Shown piece after piece: positions 24,735 through 34,868 of a DNA stretch of 53,441 nt. This stretch comes from a virus. Lineage: Duplodnaviria > Caudoviricetes. Below the pieces are notes generated by a model. That model was not told the DNA's origin. It saw nothing but the letters and a program-made list of their open reading frames with translations, and made no database searches. Within the stretch, counting starts at the first letter, position 1. Each line of letters opens with the position of its first letter. The position numbers were made by a program, and so were the translations under genes. The stretch is from IMG/VR virus record IMGVR_UViG_3300027872_000008, positions 1-53,441 of that record; one strand, written 5' to 3'.

Positions 24735-25120
24735 TGCCAATCCAGGAGGTACGGCTCCCGCCGCAGGTTGCGGACACGCTGGCCCACGGTACGAAGGCCT
24801 ACAGGATGGGGGAGTGCGGGGTCTTCGTCTCGAAGGAGCCGGTGGACAAGATCTACGGGCTGCGCTGGCACCTGTCGATCAGTTGCCAACGCCGCTACCC
24901 GACTTGGGACGAGATCGGCAGGGCCCGAGACGCGCTGCTGCCCGACGACGTCTTCATGTGTGTGCCCTTCCCGCCGCGAGCCCACTGGCTGTCGATCCAC
25001 CCGAACTGCTTCCACCTCTGGCAGTTCAGGGACGACAACCTGGAGGCTCAGATGAAGCTCGAAGGAGAGCAGGCAGCCGAGGACGGGAAGAACCAGCCGG
25101 AGCCGGAGTTCAAAGGATGA
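24731..25120 (+). CDS. Conserved phage hypothetical protein
   Basis: WHLSIS...RYPTWDEI...PP...IHPNCFHLW. Confidence 0.75.
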   Translation: MMPIQEVRLPPQVADTLAHGTKAYRMGECGVFVSKEPVDKIYGLRWHLSISCQRRYPTWDEIGRARDALLPDDVFMCVPFPPRAHWLSIHPNCFHLWQFRDDNLEAQMKLEGEQAAEDGKNQPEPEFKG

Positions 25121-25665
25121 CCGCCAACGGACAGGGGGACTTCTTCGATGGCCAGCCCCCCGAGGACGTGCCCCCCGAGGACGGGTTCACCTTCGAGCAG
25201 CTCCTGGCGCTGGAGCGAGTGCCGGTAGCGAAGTGCCCCTACTGCACCAGGACACTCAAGGTCTACAAGTGGAAGCTGGGATCCTTTGCCACCTTCCTGA
25301 TCTGGCTCTACCGAGCCCGCACGAGCCCGGAGGAGTGGCTCCACATCAGGAACTGCCCGAAGGAGATGAGGATCGACGGTGTGGACGTGACGATCTGGAA
25401 TGGTGGGGGCGACTACGCCAAGCTGGAGTGGTGGGAGCTGATCGAAAACAAGCCCCTGGATCCTAAGTCCGAGCAATCATCCAGCGGTCAATGGCGGATC
25501 ACACCGAAGGGAGTGCGGTACGTCCGTAACGAGCTTGCTGTCCCCAAGTACGCCTTCTACAGGCCACCGCTGGAAGTCCTCGGGTGGCACGAGGACGTGA
25601 TTATGATGGCCGAGTCCATACCAGCCTACTTCAACTATCGGGCCCTGATGAGAGGAGAGTGGTGA
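25117..25665 (+). CDS. Zn-ribbon/winged-helix-like protein
   Basis: CPYC; DYAKLEWWELIE...GQWRITPKG. Confidence 0.7.
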   Translation: MTANGQGDFFDGQPPEDVPPEDGFTFEQLLALERVPVAKCPYCTRTLKVYKWKLGSFATFLIWLYRARTSPEEWLHIRNCPKEMRIDGVDVTIWNGGGDYAKLEWWELIENKPLDPKSEQSSSGQWRITPKGVRYVRNELAVPKYAFYRPPLEVLGWHEDVIMMAESIPAYFNYRALMRGEW

Positions 25666-25934
25666 TGTACGAGTCCCAGATCAGGATCCTTCACGAGCCG
25701 GAGCTGCGGCACGTCCTCGCCCACCTTCACCAGGCCATCGAAGCCGTGGCCCAGGGACGGCCGACGCTGGCCCAGGCCGAACTCGCCAGCATTGAGGGCC
25801 TTGTGTTCTACGAGGATGAGTCCCAGGCTGAAGCCCTACTCGCACGTCAGGAGGAGCAAGATGGAGACCAGAGCCAAATGCACGAAACGGAAGGGACCGA
25901 AGCGGAGACCCCCCAGAAAGGGGAAGTAGGCTGA
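25665..25934 (+). CDS. Hypothetical protein
   Basis: TGATG coupling; last + strand gene. Confidence 0.55.
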   Translation: MYESQIRILHEPELRHVLAHLHQAIEAVAQGRPTLAQAELASIEGLVFYEDESQAEALLARQEEQDGDQSQMHETEGTEAETPQKGEVG

Positions 25935-25937
25935 AAA

Positions 25938-26003
25938 CGAGGCTCTCAGTCGCCGTCTAACGGGCCTCGGAGGTCACCCAGGTGTACCAGTGACCCCCCT
26001 TTT
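25938..26003. terminator. Hairpins at the convergence of early and late transcription
   Basis: CGAGGC...GCCTCG and GGTCAC...GTGACC followed by a short T run. Confidence 0.35.
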
Positions 26004-26009
26004 GAGCAC

Positions 26010-26489
26010 TCAGCTCTCGCTCTCGCTGTCGTCGTGATCCTTCCGGCGGCCGTGATCGTGGGGCTCCACGGTCACATCCACATCCACGTCGCCCTCGTTC
26101 ACCTCGACGTTGGTGTCACCGTTCGGCCTGTCCGCGATCTTCTTCACCTGCCAGGCCATGAACGCCGCGATGAGGACGAGCGCACCCTGTCCGATCCGCA
26201 CCACGGTGGAGCCCCCACAGGTGTTGCACTCCTGGGATGCGATCTCAAGACGGAGGGCTTCGAGGTTCCTGTTGAGGTTGGCGATCATGGCACTGTCGGA
26301 CATGACCGTGATCTCGTTGGTGACCTCCAGCGGCGGAAGGTTGATCGTGTTCTCCACGTTGGGCACGACCACGGTCTGCGGGTCCTGGCCAGCCAGTGGC
26401 CCGACCCAGAGGACTCCCATGACAAGCAACAGGCTACTGCTCCTGGCGCTCCGTAAAGTCTGCGGGCTATACCTCTGAATCGGGCTCAT
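26010..26489 (-). CDS. Membrane/secreted protein in the lysis module
   Basis: Signal-like N-terminus, coiled coil and TM segment. Confidence 0.55.
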   Translation of the reverse strand: MSPIQRYSPQTLRSARSSSLLLVMGVLWVGPLAGQDPQTVVVPNVENTINLPPLEVTNEITVMSDSAMIANLNRNLEALRLEIASQECNTCGGSTVVRIGQGALVLIAAFMAWQVKKIADRPNGDTNVEVNEGDVDVDVTVEPHDHGRRKDHDDSESES

Positions 26490-26662
26490 TCCGTCCCTCC
26501 TATGTCTCGGGCGAGCTGGATCCCGGCGCGGGCCAGCTCCATGATCGGGTCCAGGATCCACTGTGCAGTCGAGGGACTGGCGATGCTAGTGGCGATCAGG
26601 ATCACGACGAGGATCAGCACCAGCTTCTGCCATCCCTTCACGTTGCTCCAGAACGAAGCCAT
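26486..26662 (-). CDS. Small TM protein (holin candidate, 58 aa)
   Basis: MASFWSNVKGWQKLVLILVVILIATSIAS..., directly after the endolysin. Confidence 0.5.
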   Translation of the reverse strand: MASFWSNVKGWQKLVLILVVILIATSIASPSTAQWILDPIMELARAGIQLARDIGGTE

Positions 26663-26668
26663 AATGGG

Positions 26669-27178
26669 TCACGTCCTTACCTCGAAGTGCGGGAGGTCGT
26701 GAAACGTCTGGTCCTCAAGATCGCCACGGTCGCTATCCCAGTCACCACCCCACCGGATGTCGATGCCCATCTCCTCGGCCGTGCCGGAGACGAAGCCGCC
26801 GAAGTAGTACCACCTCGCCACCTCCCTGACGTACCCCTCGACCAGGGCCATGACCTCGGCCTCCTGTTCGTCTGTGAGCTGCCCGGCCACGGTCTCTATA
26901 CGGGACAGCAGCTTCGACGCCTGGGGCCAGGAGAGGGGGTCAGGGGCTGCGTCAACGGCCTCTGCGAGGTCACGCACACCCTCCCCGGTGATGTGCTTCG
27001 AGTTCATCGTCTTGCTGACGCCCTTGGCGACGTTCTTCTCCTGCTGCTCGACGGTGCGCTCGCCCTCCAGGATGGTGTTCGGGAAGCCCTCGCCCACCCT
27101 CTTCATCAGGCGCTGCAGATCCTCGTGCGCCGTGGCCAGCCGGGCCAGGCTCGTCGCCCCGTAGTTGTTGCCAGCCAT
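26669..27178 (-). CDS. Endolysin, M15-family L-Ala-D-Glu peptidase
   Basis: EGERTVEQQ...SKH...AVD...RWGGDW...DLPHFE. Confidence 0.9.
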   Translation of the reverse strand: MAGNNYGATSLARLATAHEDLQRLMKRVGEGFPNTILEGERTVEQQEKNVAKGVSKTMNSKHITGEGVRDLAEAVDAAPDPLSWPQASKLLSRIETVAGQLTDEQEAEVMALVEGYVREVARWYYFGGFVSGTAEEMGIDIRWGGDWDSDRGDLEDQTFHDLPHFEVRT

Positions 27179-30100
27179 CAGCGCCCCTGGTTGAGCTGTC
27201 GGATCAGGGCCGCCCGGTTCACGTCGTCAATCCTGGGGGTGCGCCTGGGTGGGATCCCGCTGTTGACCACGGCCGCCGCGTTGACCCGGCTCATGCCGCC
27301 ATCGCGGAACTGCCGGATCACTTCCCGGCTCGTGAGGCCATGGCTGTTGATCGCCTTCAGTGCGATCTGGTGGGCGTCCTCGAAGACCCTGGCCCGAGAC
27401 CGCTCCGACCTGTGGAAGGCCTCCGTCAGCTCCTCGTCCGTGACGGTGCCCGAGCGGTTGGACACGCGGTTGAGGATCCGGTTCGCATCGTTCAGCCTGC
27501 CGTCCAGCTCCGTGGTGCGGAAGCGCAGGGCCTGACGGACGTCGGTCTTCTGCAGCCGGTGCCCCGTGAGGACGGCCAGGAACTCCGTCTTCGTGTCGAA
27601 CTCCTGGCCGAAGGCGTTGGTCTCCTTGTTGATCCCGGCCGCGATCCGCCTGGCACTGGCGAAGGTGCCGGGCTCTATGGCACCCCACAGGTGGTCGAGG
27701 ATGGCGAAGGCCTGGTCCACCTTGTGGTCCTCCGGGTTGAAGACCTGGCCGCCGGAACGCTTCAGGTTGCTGTTGACCTCCGCGAGCTTCCCGAACAGGA
27801 TCTCCTCTCCGATGAACGGAGCAGCGGCCTGGAGGGTCGCCTCCAGGAGAGCCTCCTCCCAGTCGCCCTCGCCCGAGAACAGCCGCCGGAGTGGGTCACG
27901 CAGGTAGCTGTACGGATCCGTGTACGAGAGGTCGATGATCGAATAGACCCCGTCCACTGGCGGGCTGGTGTAGATCAGCGAGCTGTTCTCCTGCCACGGT
28001 GCCAGGAAGGGACGCAGATCCTCGTCCTGCTGGCGGTCCACACCGTTCTTGAAGCGGGACGCAGCCGACGCCGCGTAGACGCCACCGGCCGCGACGGTGA
28101 GCCCGGCCAGCCTGGTGGCCCCGATCTTACGGATCTCCGGGTTGGGGGATCGGGCCTCCTTGATCGCCAGGCTGACGGTGTGCCAGCCGGTGCGGAACAC
28201 CTCGGCCGGGAACGAGACGAACGAGCCCATCAGGATGTTCTTCCGCAGCGCCTGGACCCCGGAGGAGATCATGCCGTAGTTCGGGTAGGTGTTCCTCACG
28301 ATCCACGCTGCGGTCTCCTCGACCTCGGCCTCGGTGGCGTTGGGCAGCGCCTTCCTGTACCGGGCGAACTCGTTCTCGAACGCGACGATCTTCCAGAGGT
28401 CGTCCTCTGCCCGGTAGATGGCGGTGGCTCCCTTGACGAACCCCCTCATTCCCTTGGAGAGCAGGCCCTCGTCGGGGCTGATGTTGTCCAGCCCCTGCCT
28501 GGAGGCGTCCCTCATCACGGCCGCCAGCTCTCCGGCGTGGGCGCTGCTGTCCACGACCCCGAGCATCTGGATCCGCTTGTAGTACGACTCCCACGGGCTC
28601 TCGCCCGGCAGCAGGCCATCGCGGAGCCGGAGCCTGCGCTCCTGCTGCGCCCTCTGCGCGGGGCTCTGGCCCCTGGCGCGGGCCTCGACTTCGATGCCGA
28701 CCTTCCCAGCGAGGAACCGCTTGGTCAGCCGCCCTCCCCTGCTGATGCCGGTGCTGGCGTTCACGGCCTGGATCGCCCGTCCGAAGTGGTTCAGCCGCCA
28801 GTGCCCGTTGGCCGTCGCGAAGCCAGCGTTGCCGATGAGGTTCCTGACGTGGGTCATCACGGACATGACCGTCTTGTCGAGCTTCACGACCGCGTTCGCT
28901 TTGAGGTAGGCGCTGTAGAGCCAGCCCTTCGCGCCAGGCAGATCGAACTCACGCTTGAAGGCGTCCGCGATCTCCTGGGTCGTGTGGAGCCCAGCGAGCG
29001 GCTCCATCACCTTCGAGCCCTTGGCCGAGATGGGTACGGTGAAGGAGCCGTTGGCGTTGGTCGTCGCGTTGACGAAGAAGAGGCCGTTGGGGTTGTCGGG
29101 TGTCGCCTTCAGGCTGTTCCTGACCTCGGTGAGGAAGCCGTGGCTGGAGAGGTCGCGGGCCATCTGCGACACGCTCCTGGCGTAGCGCAGCCTGACGTCG
29201 GTGTGCTCGCCCATCAGCGCACGGATGGAGGGGTGGATGTCCTTCCGCTTGATCAGCATCGACAGGTCCATGGCCCCGAGGGTGCCGCCGGTCAGGAACT
29301 GGAGCGGGCTGTCCACCTGCTTGTTCAGGATCTTTTCCATGAGCCCCTGGATCTCGTCGTCGCTGAGATCTGGGCGCTCCTTTCGCAGCCAGCTCCTGGC
29401 CCTGTTGACGATGCGCTCTGGGACGTTTTCCAGGATCCAGGAGGGGGTGTCGAACACCTTGTAGGAGCGGCTGAGATAGACGCCCAGGTTGTCTGCGATC
29501 ACGGCCGCCAGGTCCCCTTCGACCATGCCCGACTGGATCATCTGCTGGGAGTAGCCGTCCACCCTCTCGCGCATCTGCCTGACGATGGGCCGGAGCGGCT
29601 CCGGGATCCTGGACAGCGGGATCTGGCCACTCAGCGCAGCGTTGAGCCGACGCTTCTGGGAGGAGTTCATGTTGGGTGTGCCGTAGGCGTCCCGCAGGGC
29701 GTCATCGAACCGGCGCAGCGTGAACGTCATGTCCGTGATCTGAGCGCCGAACCACCCCTGGGACTTCAGCAGCAGCCGCCAGGCACGGTGGGGCAGATCG
29801 CCAGGAGCGGTGAAGTTTCTCTGGAGGAAGGCAGCCGCCCGCTTCCCGGCTGCAGTGAGGTCAACCCGCACAGCTCCGGCCTTCGCACCGAGCCGTCCCC
29901 CGGCCAGCTTGCCGAGGTCGAAGAAGCCTCCGCGCCCGTTCGCCTGGGTGCCCTCGGGAGGCTTCGGTGGTATGGGATCCGTGACTCGCCTGGGGATTAC
30001 CTCGGGGGCACGGGATGGGCCTTCAGCGGGCGGGGTGTGCTTGACCTCCACCTCGGGGTTGTGGAGGTCCCCCTGGCGGGCCCGAGCTGGTGCTAGACTT

Positions 30101-32889
30101 TCTTGCCCAGCCGCCGCAGCGCCTCGTCCAGACCGACCTGCACCTGCTGCATTTCGATCTCGTCCCAGTCCACCCTCCCCAGTGCCGGATCGACGTTGCC
30201 TGGCGGCCCCTGCCTCTGGCTCGCCGGGGAAAAGGAGTCGGCCGTCTGGGATCTCTCCCCCGCTGTCGATGAGCCGGGGGTCCTGTCCTTTCGGAACGTC
30301 ATTGGAGTACCTCTGATGAGAGCGGAAGAGGCCTGACTCGACCGCTTCCTGGTACATCGCAGTGGGAGCGTCTCCCACCTCATCTAAAATATACGCCTCT
30401 GGGATGTATTTGTCAGTCCTTTTGAACCTCATGTAGGCCCGCCGCGCTGCCTCGAAGGGCGGGATCTCGTTCAGCACGATGTGGACGTCGTAGCCAGCCG
30501 CCCTCAATTTCCGGGCTGCGTCTATGACGTGCGACCGATCCTTGCCGATCATCGGCATGACGATGTTGTCACCGCGCTCTACCGCGTCGGCCAGCATCCG
30601 GTTGTGGGCGAGGATGGACGACTCCCGATGGACCGTGCCCGCTGCCCGACCGCCGTCGTGCTCCCCGATGCCCTTCTTCCACTCGTCTGCGTCTATCGTC
30701 AGTGCGCGGATCTCCCTCGCGAGCGGGCCCGAGAGCGTGGACTTCCCGGAGGCTGAGTTGCCGGTGACCATGTAGATCTGCCGAGCCTGCCTCACCGGAC
30801 CCGCGAACCAGGCACCGGCCTTCACCCGATCCGCTACCTCGAAGAAGCCCGCGTGTTCTTCGGACGTCAGCCTCGTGTCGAGCGGGTCGTGGGTCTCCGC
30901 GACCCGCTGCGGATCCCAGTCTGGCCCTCCAGGCTGCCTGGTGTCGCCCGTGGAGTGCAGGCTCGTGGTGTCGGTCGGATCGCCAGGCTGCGGACGTAGA
31001 CGTGCTTCGATGATGTCTGGGTCGTTGTCGATGATCCGCTGAAGAGTCGGGAGATCCTCGGCCGCCCCGGCCGCGTCGTGCCTCGCCTGGTTCTCGGGGG
31101 ACAGCACCCTGGGCCGTCTCGTGAGCCCTGTCTCTGGATCGACGTCGAGCCTGGGGCCGATGAAGCCTGGACCTGGCTGGTCTGCCGCCTCGGCCGCCGC
31201 CTCGGCCACCGCCCGCTCCTCCTGGTCCAGGCGAGCCCCCTCCCTGGTCAGGGCCTCCGCGAGCGTCTGATCGTGCAGGGGTGGGCCCCCCTCCCCTACC
31301 GTGGACCTCCGCACCCGGAACGCCTCGGGGCCCGTCCTGGTGCCTCCCTTGGCCGTTGTGGGATCCCTGAAGGCCGGGTCCAGGTCTCCAGCTTTCCTGA
31401 TCCTGCCAGCGAGGGGTGTCGCGCCGATCAGTGCGCTGGCCACGATCCCGAAGACGAGGTTGTTGGCTCGCTCCTGGGAGTCCTCGGCCTGGAACGCGAG
31501 ATCGAACGGGATCCCCTCGACAGCGGCCTGCAATATCCTGGTCCCACGAGACACTGGGACGTTCGGGTTGAACGACTGCAGGAACGTCCGCACCCTCGAA
31601 CCCCTGGCCGCCAGGCCCGCCGTCCCGGAGACACCGATGCCGGTCAGCCTGATCACGGCTCCGGCCCCCGCGAGGAAGCCCACGCCGCCGCCGACCTTCT
31701 CAATCAGGGTCCGATCCAGGGCCCCGAACAGGTCGTTGACGGTCAGGGCCGTGGGCTCCAGGCCGAACACGCCCCTGACCGCGTTGGTGGCCTGGTCGAT
31801 CATATCGGAGACGTGGCTCTCGAAGCGCCCGGCGGTCACCCCGTCGAGGAACCCACGGCTGGCAGAGATCCCGACCCTCAACGCCACCGGGATCTTCTCG
31901 AAGTCCTCCTGCAGCACCTGCCGTTGTTTCTCTATGTTGGCCGCCATTCGCTCCATGCGGGTGACGGGTGTCCTGGCTGCGTCCTCGGTGACGGGTGGCT
32001 CTGCGACGGGGACAGGCCTCGGGGGCTGTCCGACGTTGACGTCAGGCTGGGCGAAGACGACCGTCTCAGCTATCTCCTCCGGGGGGCGCTCACTGATCCC
32101 CATCTCTCGCAACGCCAATTCACTGCCAAAGTTCAGAGCCTCCCCGAGTGACATCCCCTCCTGGACGTGGGGGATCCTGGTGGGCTGCAGGCCCAGCTCC
32201 CTGTCGAACGCTTGGAGATCCGGGGTTACACCAGGCTGCCCCGGTATCGGATCCAGTGCCCCCCTCCGGTCGCGGTCGAAGAAACCCCGCAGCTCCCCGA
32301 AGAGGTTGCGCTCCGCGCTGGGACGACCCACGCCCGTTGGATCCACCGGCTGGACCTCGCCCATCGGACGCACCACGCGACCATCCACCACCTCCGGGCC
32401 GAGGTCCAGCCGCACGGCGTCCTCGCCACCCTCGACGCCCTGGAGCAGCGGTGGCACCTCCGGCTCTGGCTCCTCCACGGCCGGTGTCTCCCGTCGAGGC
32501 ATCCCGATCCGACCCTCGTCCTGCCGGAACAGAGGCTGCTGGGCGAGACCCTCTGGGCCTGCCGCTCTCTCTCGGATCGCGGCACCAGCTCGCTGGAAGA
32601 TGTTCGGGGGGTCTGCCTCCACCACCGGCTCCGGCCTGGCCCCTCGACGTTCAGCGAGGACCCGCGAACGGTCGAACGCCCTCTGCTGTCTTTCGGCCGC
32701 CGCGACTTCGGGGTCCAGGGTGACGAGGGTCTGCGCTTCCAGCCGGTCCTCTTCCCGCTGCCTACGCGATGCCCTCAGGGATTCGAGTGGATCGTCCGCT
32801 TGGGCTGCAGCGTCACGCGCTTCCCGCGCCAGGCGCAGCTCTTCGAGTGGATCGTCCTGGAGCTGGCGGTTGGTCTGGCCGGTGGCCAT
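27178..32889 (-). CDS. Giant internal virion/DNA-ejection polyvalent protein with Zeta-toxin-like kinase domain
   Basis: 1903 aa, last structural gene. Internal GNSASGKS...DADEWKK...HRESS...GYDV domain at ~30320-30790. Confidence 0.75.
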   Translation of the reverse strand: MATGQTNRQLQDDPLEELRLAREARDAAAQADDPLESLRASRRQREEDRLEAQTLVTLDPEVAAAERQQRAFDRSRVLAERRGARPEPVVEADPPNIFQRAGAAIRERAAGPEGLAQQPLFRQDEGRIGMPRRETPAVEEPEPEVPPLLQGVEGGEDAVRLDLGPEVVDGRVVRPMGEVQPVDPTGVGRPSAERNLFGELRGFFDRDRRGALDPIPGQPGVTPDLQAFDRELGLQPTRIPHVQEGMSLGEALNFGSELALREMGISERPPEEIAETVVFAQPDVNVGQPPRPVPVAEPPVTEDAARTPVTRMERMAANIEKQRQVLQEDFEKIPVALRVGISASRGFLDGVTAGRFESHVSDMIDQATNAVRGVFGLEPTALTVNDLFGALDRTLIEKVGGGVGFLAGAGAVIRLTGIGVSGTAGLAARGSRVRTFLQSFNPNVPVSRGTRILQAAVEGIPFDLAFQAEDSQERANNLVFGIVASALIGATPLAGRIRKAGDLDPAFRDPTTAKGGTRTGPEAFRVRRSTVGEGGPPLHDQTLAEALTREGARLDQEERAVAEAAAEAADQPGPGFIGPRLDVDPETGLTRRPRVLSPENQARHDAAGAAEDLPTLQRIIDNDPDIIEARLRPQPGDPTDTTSLHSTGDTRQPGGPDWDPQRVAETHDPLDTRLTSEEHAGFFEVADRVKAGAWFAGPVRQARQIYMVTGNSASGKSTLSGPLAREIRALTIDADEWKKGIGEHDGGRAAGTVHRESSILAHNRMLADAVERGDNIVMPMIGKDRSHVIDAARKLRAAGYDVHIVLNEIPPFEAARRAYMRFKRTDKYIPEAYILDEVGDAPTAMYQEAVESGLFRSHQRYSNDVPKGQDPRLIDSGGEIPDGRLLFPGEPEAGAARQRRSGTGEGGLGRDRNAAGAGRSGRGAAAAGQESLAPARARQGDLHNPEVEVKHTPPAEGPSRAPEVIPRRVTDPIPPKPPEGTQANGRGGFFDLGKLAGGRLGAKAGAVRVDLTAAGKRAAAFLQRNFTAPGDLPHRAWRLLLKSQGWFGAQITDMTFTLRRFDDALRDAYGTPNMNSSQKRRLNAALSGQIPLSRIPEPLRPIVRQMRERVDGYSQQMIQSGMVEGDLAAVIADNLGVYLSRSYKVFDTPSWILENVPERIVNRARSWLRKERPDLSDDEIQGLMEKILNKQVDSPLQFLTGGTLGAMDLSMLIKRKDIHPSIRALMGEHTDVRLRYARSVSQMARDLSSHGFLTEVRNSLKATPDNPNGLFFVNATTNANGSFTVPISAKGSKVMEPLAGLHTTQEIADAFKREFDLPGAKGWLYSAYLKANAVVKLDKTVMSVMTHVRNLIGNAGFATANGHWRLNHFGRAIQAVNASTGISRGGRLTKRFLAGKVGIEVEARARGQSPAQRAQQERRLRLRDGLLPGESPWESYYKRIQMLGVVDSSAHAGELAAVMRDASRQGLDNISPDEGLLSKGMRGFVKGATAIYRAEDDLWKIVAFENEFARYRKALPNATEAEVEETAAWIVRNTYPNYGMISSGVQALRKNILMGSFVSFPAEVFRTGWHTVSLAIKEARSPNPEIRKIGATRLAGLTVAAGGVYAASAASRFKNGVDRQQDEDLRPFLAPWQENSSLIYTSPPVDGVYSIIDLSYTDPYSYLRDPLRRLFSGEGDWEEALLEATLQAAAPFIGEEILFGKLAEVNSNLKRSGGQVFNPEDHKVDQAFAILDHLWGAIEPGTFASARRIAAGINKETNAFGQEFDTKTEFLAVLTGHRLQKTDVRQALRFRTTELDGRLNDANRILNRVSNRSGTVTDEELTEAFHRSERSRARVFEDAHQIALKAINSHGLTSREVIRQFRDGGMSRVNAAAVVNSGIPPRRTPRIDDVNRAALIRQLNQGR
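30093..30302 (-). CDS. Nested out-of-frame ORF (69 aa) downstream of the Zeta domain
   Basis: AGAGGT-N6-ATG; C-terminal amphipathic helix VDWDEIEMQQVQVGLDEALRRLGKKV. Confidence 0.4.
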   Translation of the reverse strand: MTFRKDRTPGSSTAGERSQTADSFSPASQRQGPPGNVDPALGRVDWDEIEMQQVQVGLDEALRRLGKKV

Positions 32890-32891
32890 GC

Positions 32892-34190
32892 CTACCTCCC
32901 CGGCTCGTCACCCACCTGGGATCCGGGCTGTCCCGAGATCACTGGGGCCTCTCCAGCGGCACGGTGGATGGCAGCTCTGTCTCCTGCGCTCAGACCTGGG
33001 AAGACCCTGTCGAGTTCCGCGTTCCTGTCCGAGAAGTTCAGGTCTTCGATCAGGGCCGCCGCCGCCGGGATCTGTGCCGAGCTGATCTGAGAACGTGGCT
33101 CGTTCCCACCCAGGCCAGACGCCTCGGCAGGCCCAGCTCCTGGCCGTGCCGTCCGCGACACCGGCTGCAGGAACGTGCCAGCCATCTCCCGAGCCTCACG
33201 CCGTGCGTCCTGGAAGCGGGCCAGCCCGACCGAGAACGCCTCTGCTGGGCCCATGTAGCCGCCGTCGATCAGCGCCCTCTTCTTCGCCGTCAGCTTCTCC
33301 TCGCTGGACAGCTCGTCCGCTTCGATGTCGTCAATGCGATCCTGCATCCGGTCGAGGTCTTCCATGATGACGTCTTGCCGGGCCTGGGGGATCGGCCGCA
33401 GGAAGTCCTCGAACTGATCCGGGTTGTCCTCGAAGATGGCCGCCTGGGCTTCCGAGATCGGCTTGTCCACGTCCTCGGCCTGCTGCATGATCGCCGCGAT
33501 GTTGGCCGTTCTCGTGCGCTCGCCTCCCGTGGTGGTGGGCGTCTCCCGCGTGGCCGCTGCTGCCGTGTCCCGACCCGACTGGGCAGAGATCGACTGGAGC
33601 CGCTGCCTGGCGTCCTCGGGGTTGCGGACCAGCACACGGATCTCCTCCTCGGCCACACCCGCCGCTCTGAGGGCCGCCGCTATCTCCGTGCGTTCCTGGG
33701 CCACCGCTTCTGACGCCTCCCGCCGTTCGGGCTCGCCCAGCTCGCGCTGGAGTTCTGCCTCCCGCCTGGCGTCATCCTCCGCAGCCCGCGCACCAGCCTC
33801 CTCGCTGAAGAAGATCTCCTGTCCCCCAGGCCCAGCTCCGATGGACCGGCCCCGTTCCACCTCGGTGAGTTCCGGCCCCACGGCACTGGCTATCGGCACC
33901 CGACCATCGGCACCCTCGGCCGTGACCGTCGCCGTGGTGCCGGGGACCTGTCCGACCTCGAAGGCCTGCTCGAAGGAGAGGGCTGGGTCAGCCGCAACCG
34001 CCAGGTTGGACTGCAGGATGGTCGCCTGTTTCTGCGCCTCACGATCCTCCTGGCGGGCGACGTGCTCCTGTTGGGCCCGTGAGGCGGCCTGGTCTGCACG
34101 ACGGAGCTGACGCGCCCGCTCGAAGCTGCGGACGAACGTCGAGAGGACGTCGTTGTCTCTGTCCGGTAGGACGCTTGGCCGGAAGGTCAC
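32892..34190 (-). CDS. Internal virion (ejection) protein
   Basis: Helical, A/E/R/Q-rich; located before the giant protein. Confidence 0.6.
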   Translation of the reverse strand: MTFRPSVLPDRDNDVLSTFVRSFERARQLRRADQAASRAQQEHVARQEDREAQKQATILQSNLAVAADPALSFEQAFEVGQVPGTTATVTAEGADGRVPIASAVGPELTEVERGRSIGAGPGGQEIFFSEEAGARAAEDDARREAELQRELGEPERREASEAVAQERTEIAAALRAAGVAEEEIRVLVRNPEDARQRLQSISAQSGRDTAAAATRETPTTTGGERTRTANIAAIMQQAEDVDKPISEAQAAIFEDNPDQFEDFLRPIPQARQDVIMEDLDRMQDRIDDIEADELSSEEKLTAKKRALIDGGYMGPAEAFSVGLARFQDARREAREMAGTFLQPVSRTARPGAGPAEASGLGGNEPRSQISSAQIPAAAALIEDLNFSDRNAELDRVFPGLSAGDRAAIHRAAGEAPVISGQPGSQVGDEPGR

Positions 34191-34867
34191 AGTTGGACAC
34201 CTGGGGGTGGTGTTTGGGGGCCGGGGAACTGGCCGCCGAACCGCTGCCCCTCGAAGATGTCTCTTCCGAAGTCGATAGCCTCCCCAGCTCCCTTCGCCAC
34301 CGCACCCCCTACAGCCTTCGCTCCTCTCCCGAACAGCCCGGCGACGTCCCCGCCGAGACCGATCAGACCGCCCGCAGCACCCGCGAGCTTGCTGAAGAAG
34401 CCGCCGCCGCTGGCGTTCTCCTCGGCCGTGGCCCGGTCGAAGGCACCGCCCAGGAGGTCGATCTGCTGCCCAAGGAGATCGCCGCCTGTGCGCTGCAGGC
34501 CTTGGATGTTGGCCAGGTTCTGGCGGGAGGCCTCCAGCGACTGCTGGGCGATGGCGGTCGAGACGCGCCGGTTGAAGTCCTGGAAGAGACGGCCAGCGTC
34601 CTCCTGGAAGAAGCCGGTGCGGAGACGGCCCGAGCCCACCGAGCCGCCGACGAGGTCCTCGAACTGGTTGCCCAGGTTCTCACTGGCGTCGGCCAGGAAG
34701 CCCTGCCCGAACTCGCTGACGGCCTGGCTGGGATCGAAGGCGAGGGAACGCTCTAGGCCTTCCCGCCGAGTCCTCTCACCCGAGACGTCCGTCTCCCGCG
34801 AGAGGCGGTTGAACCGCTGCTGCTGCAGCGCCTGCTGCTCGTCGCTGCTGAAGAATTTCTCGGCCAT
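34187..34867 (-). CDS. Internal virion (ejection/pilot) protein
   Basis: Q-rich with a Gly-rich hydrophobic C-terminal stretch. Confidence 0.6.
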   Translation of the reverse strand: MAEKFFSSDEQQALQQQRFNRLSRETDVSGERTRREGLERSLAFDPSQAVSEFGQGFLADASENLGNQFEDLVGGSVGSGRLRTGFFQEDAGRLFQDFNRRVSTAIAQQSLEASRQNLANIQGLQRTGGDLLGQQIDLLGGAFDRATAEENASGGGFFSKLAGAAGGLIGLGGDVAGLFGRGAKAVGGAVAKGAGEAIDFGRDIFEGQRFGGQFPGPQTPPPGVQL

Positions 34868-34868
34868 C

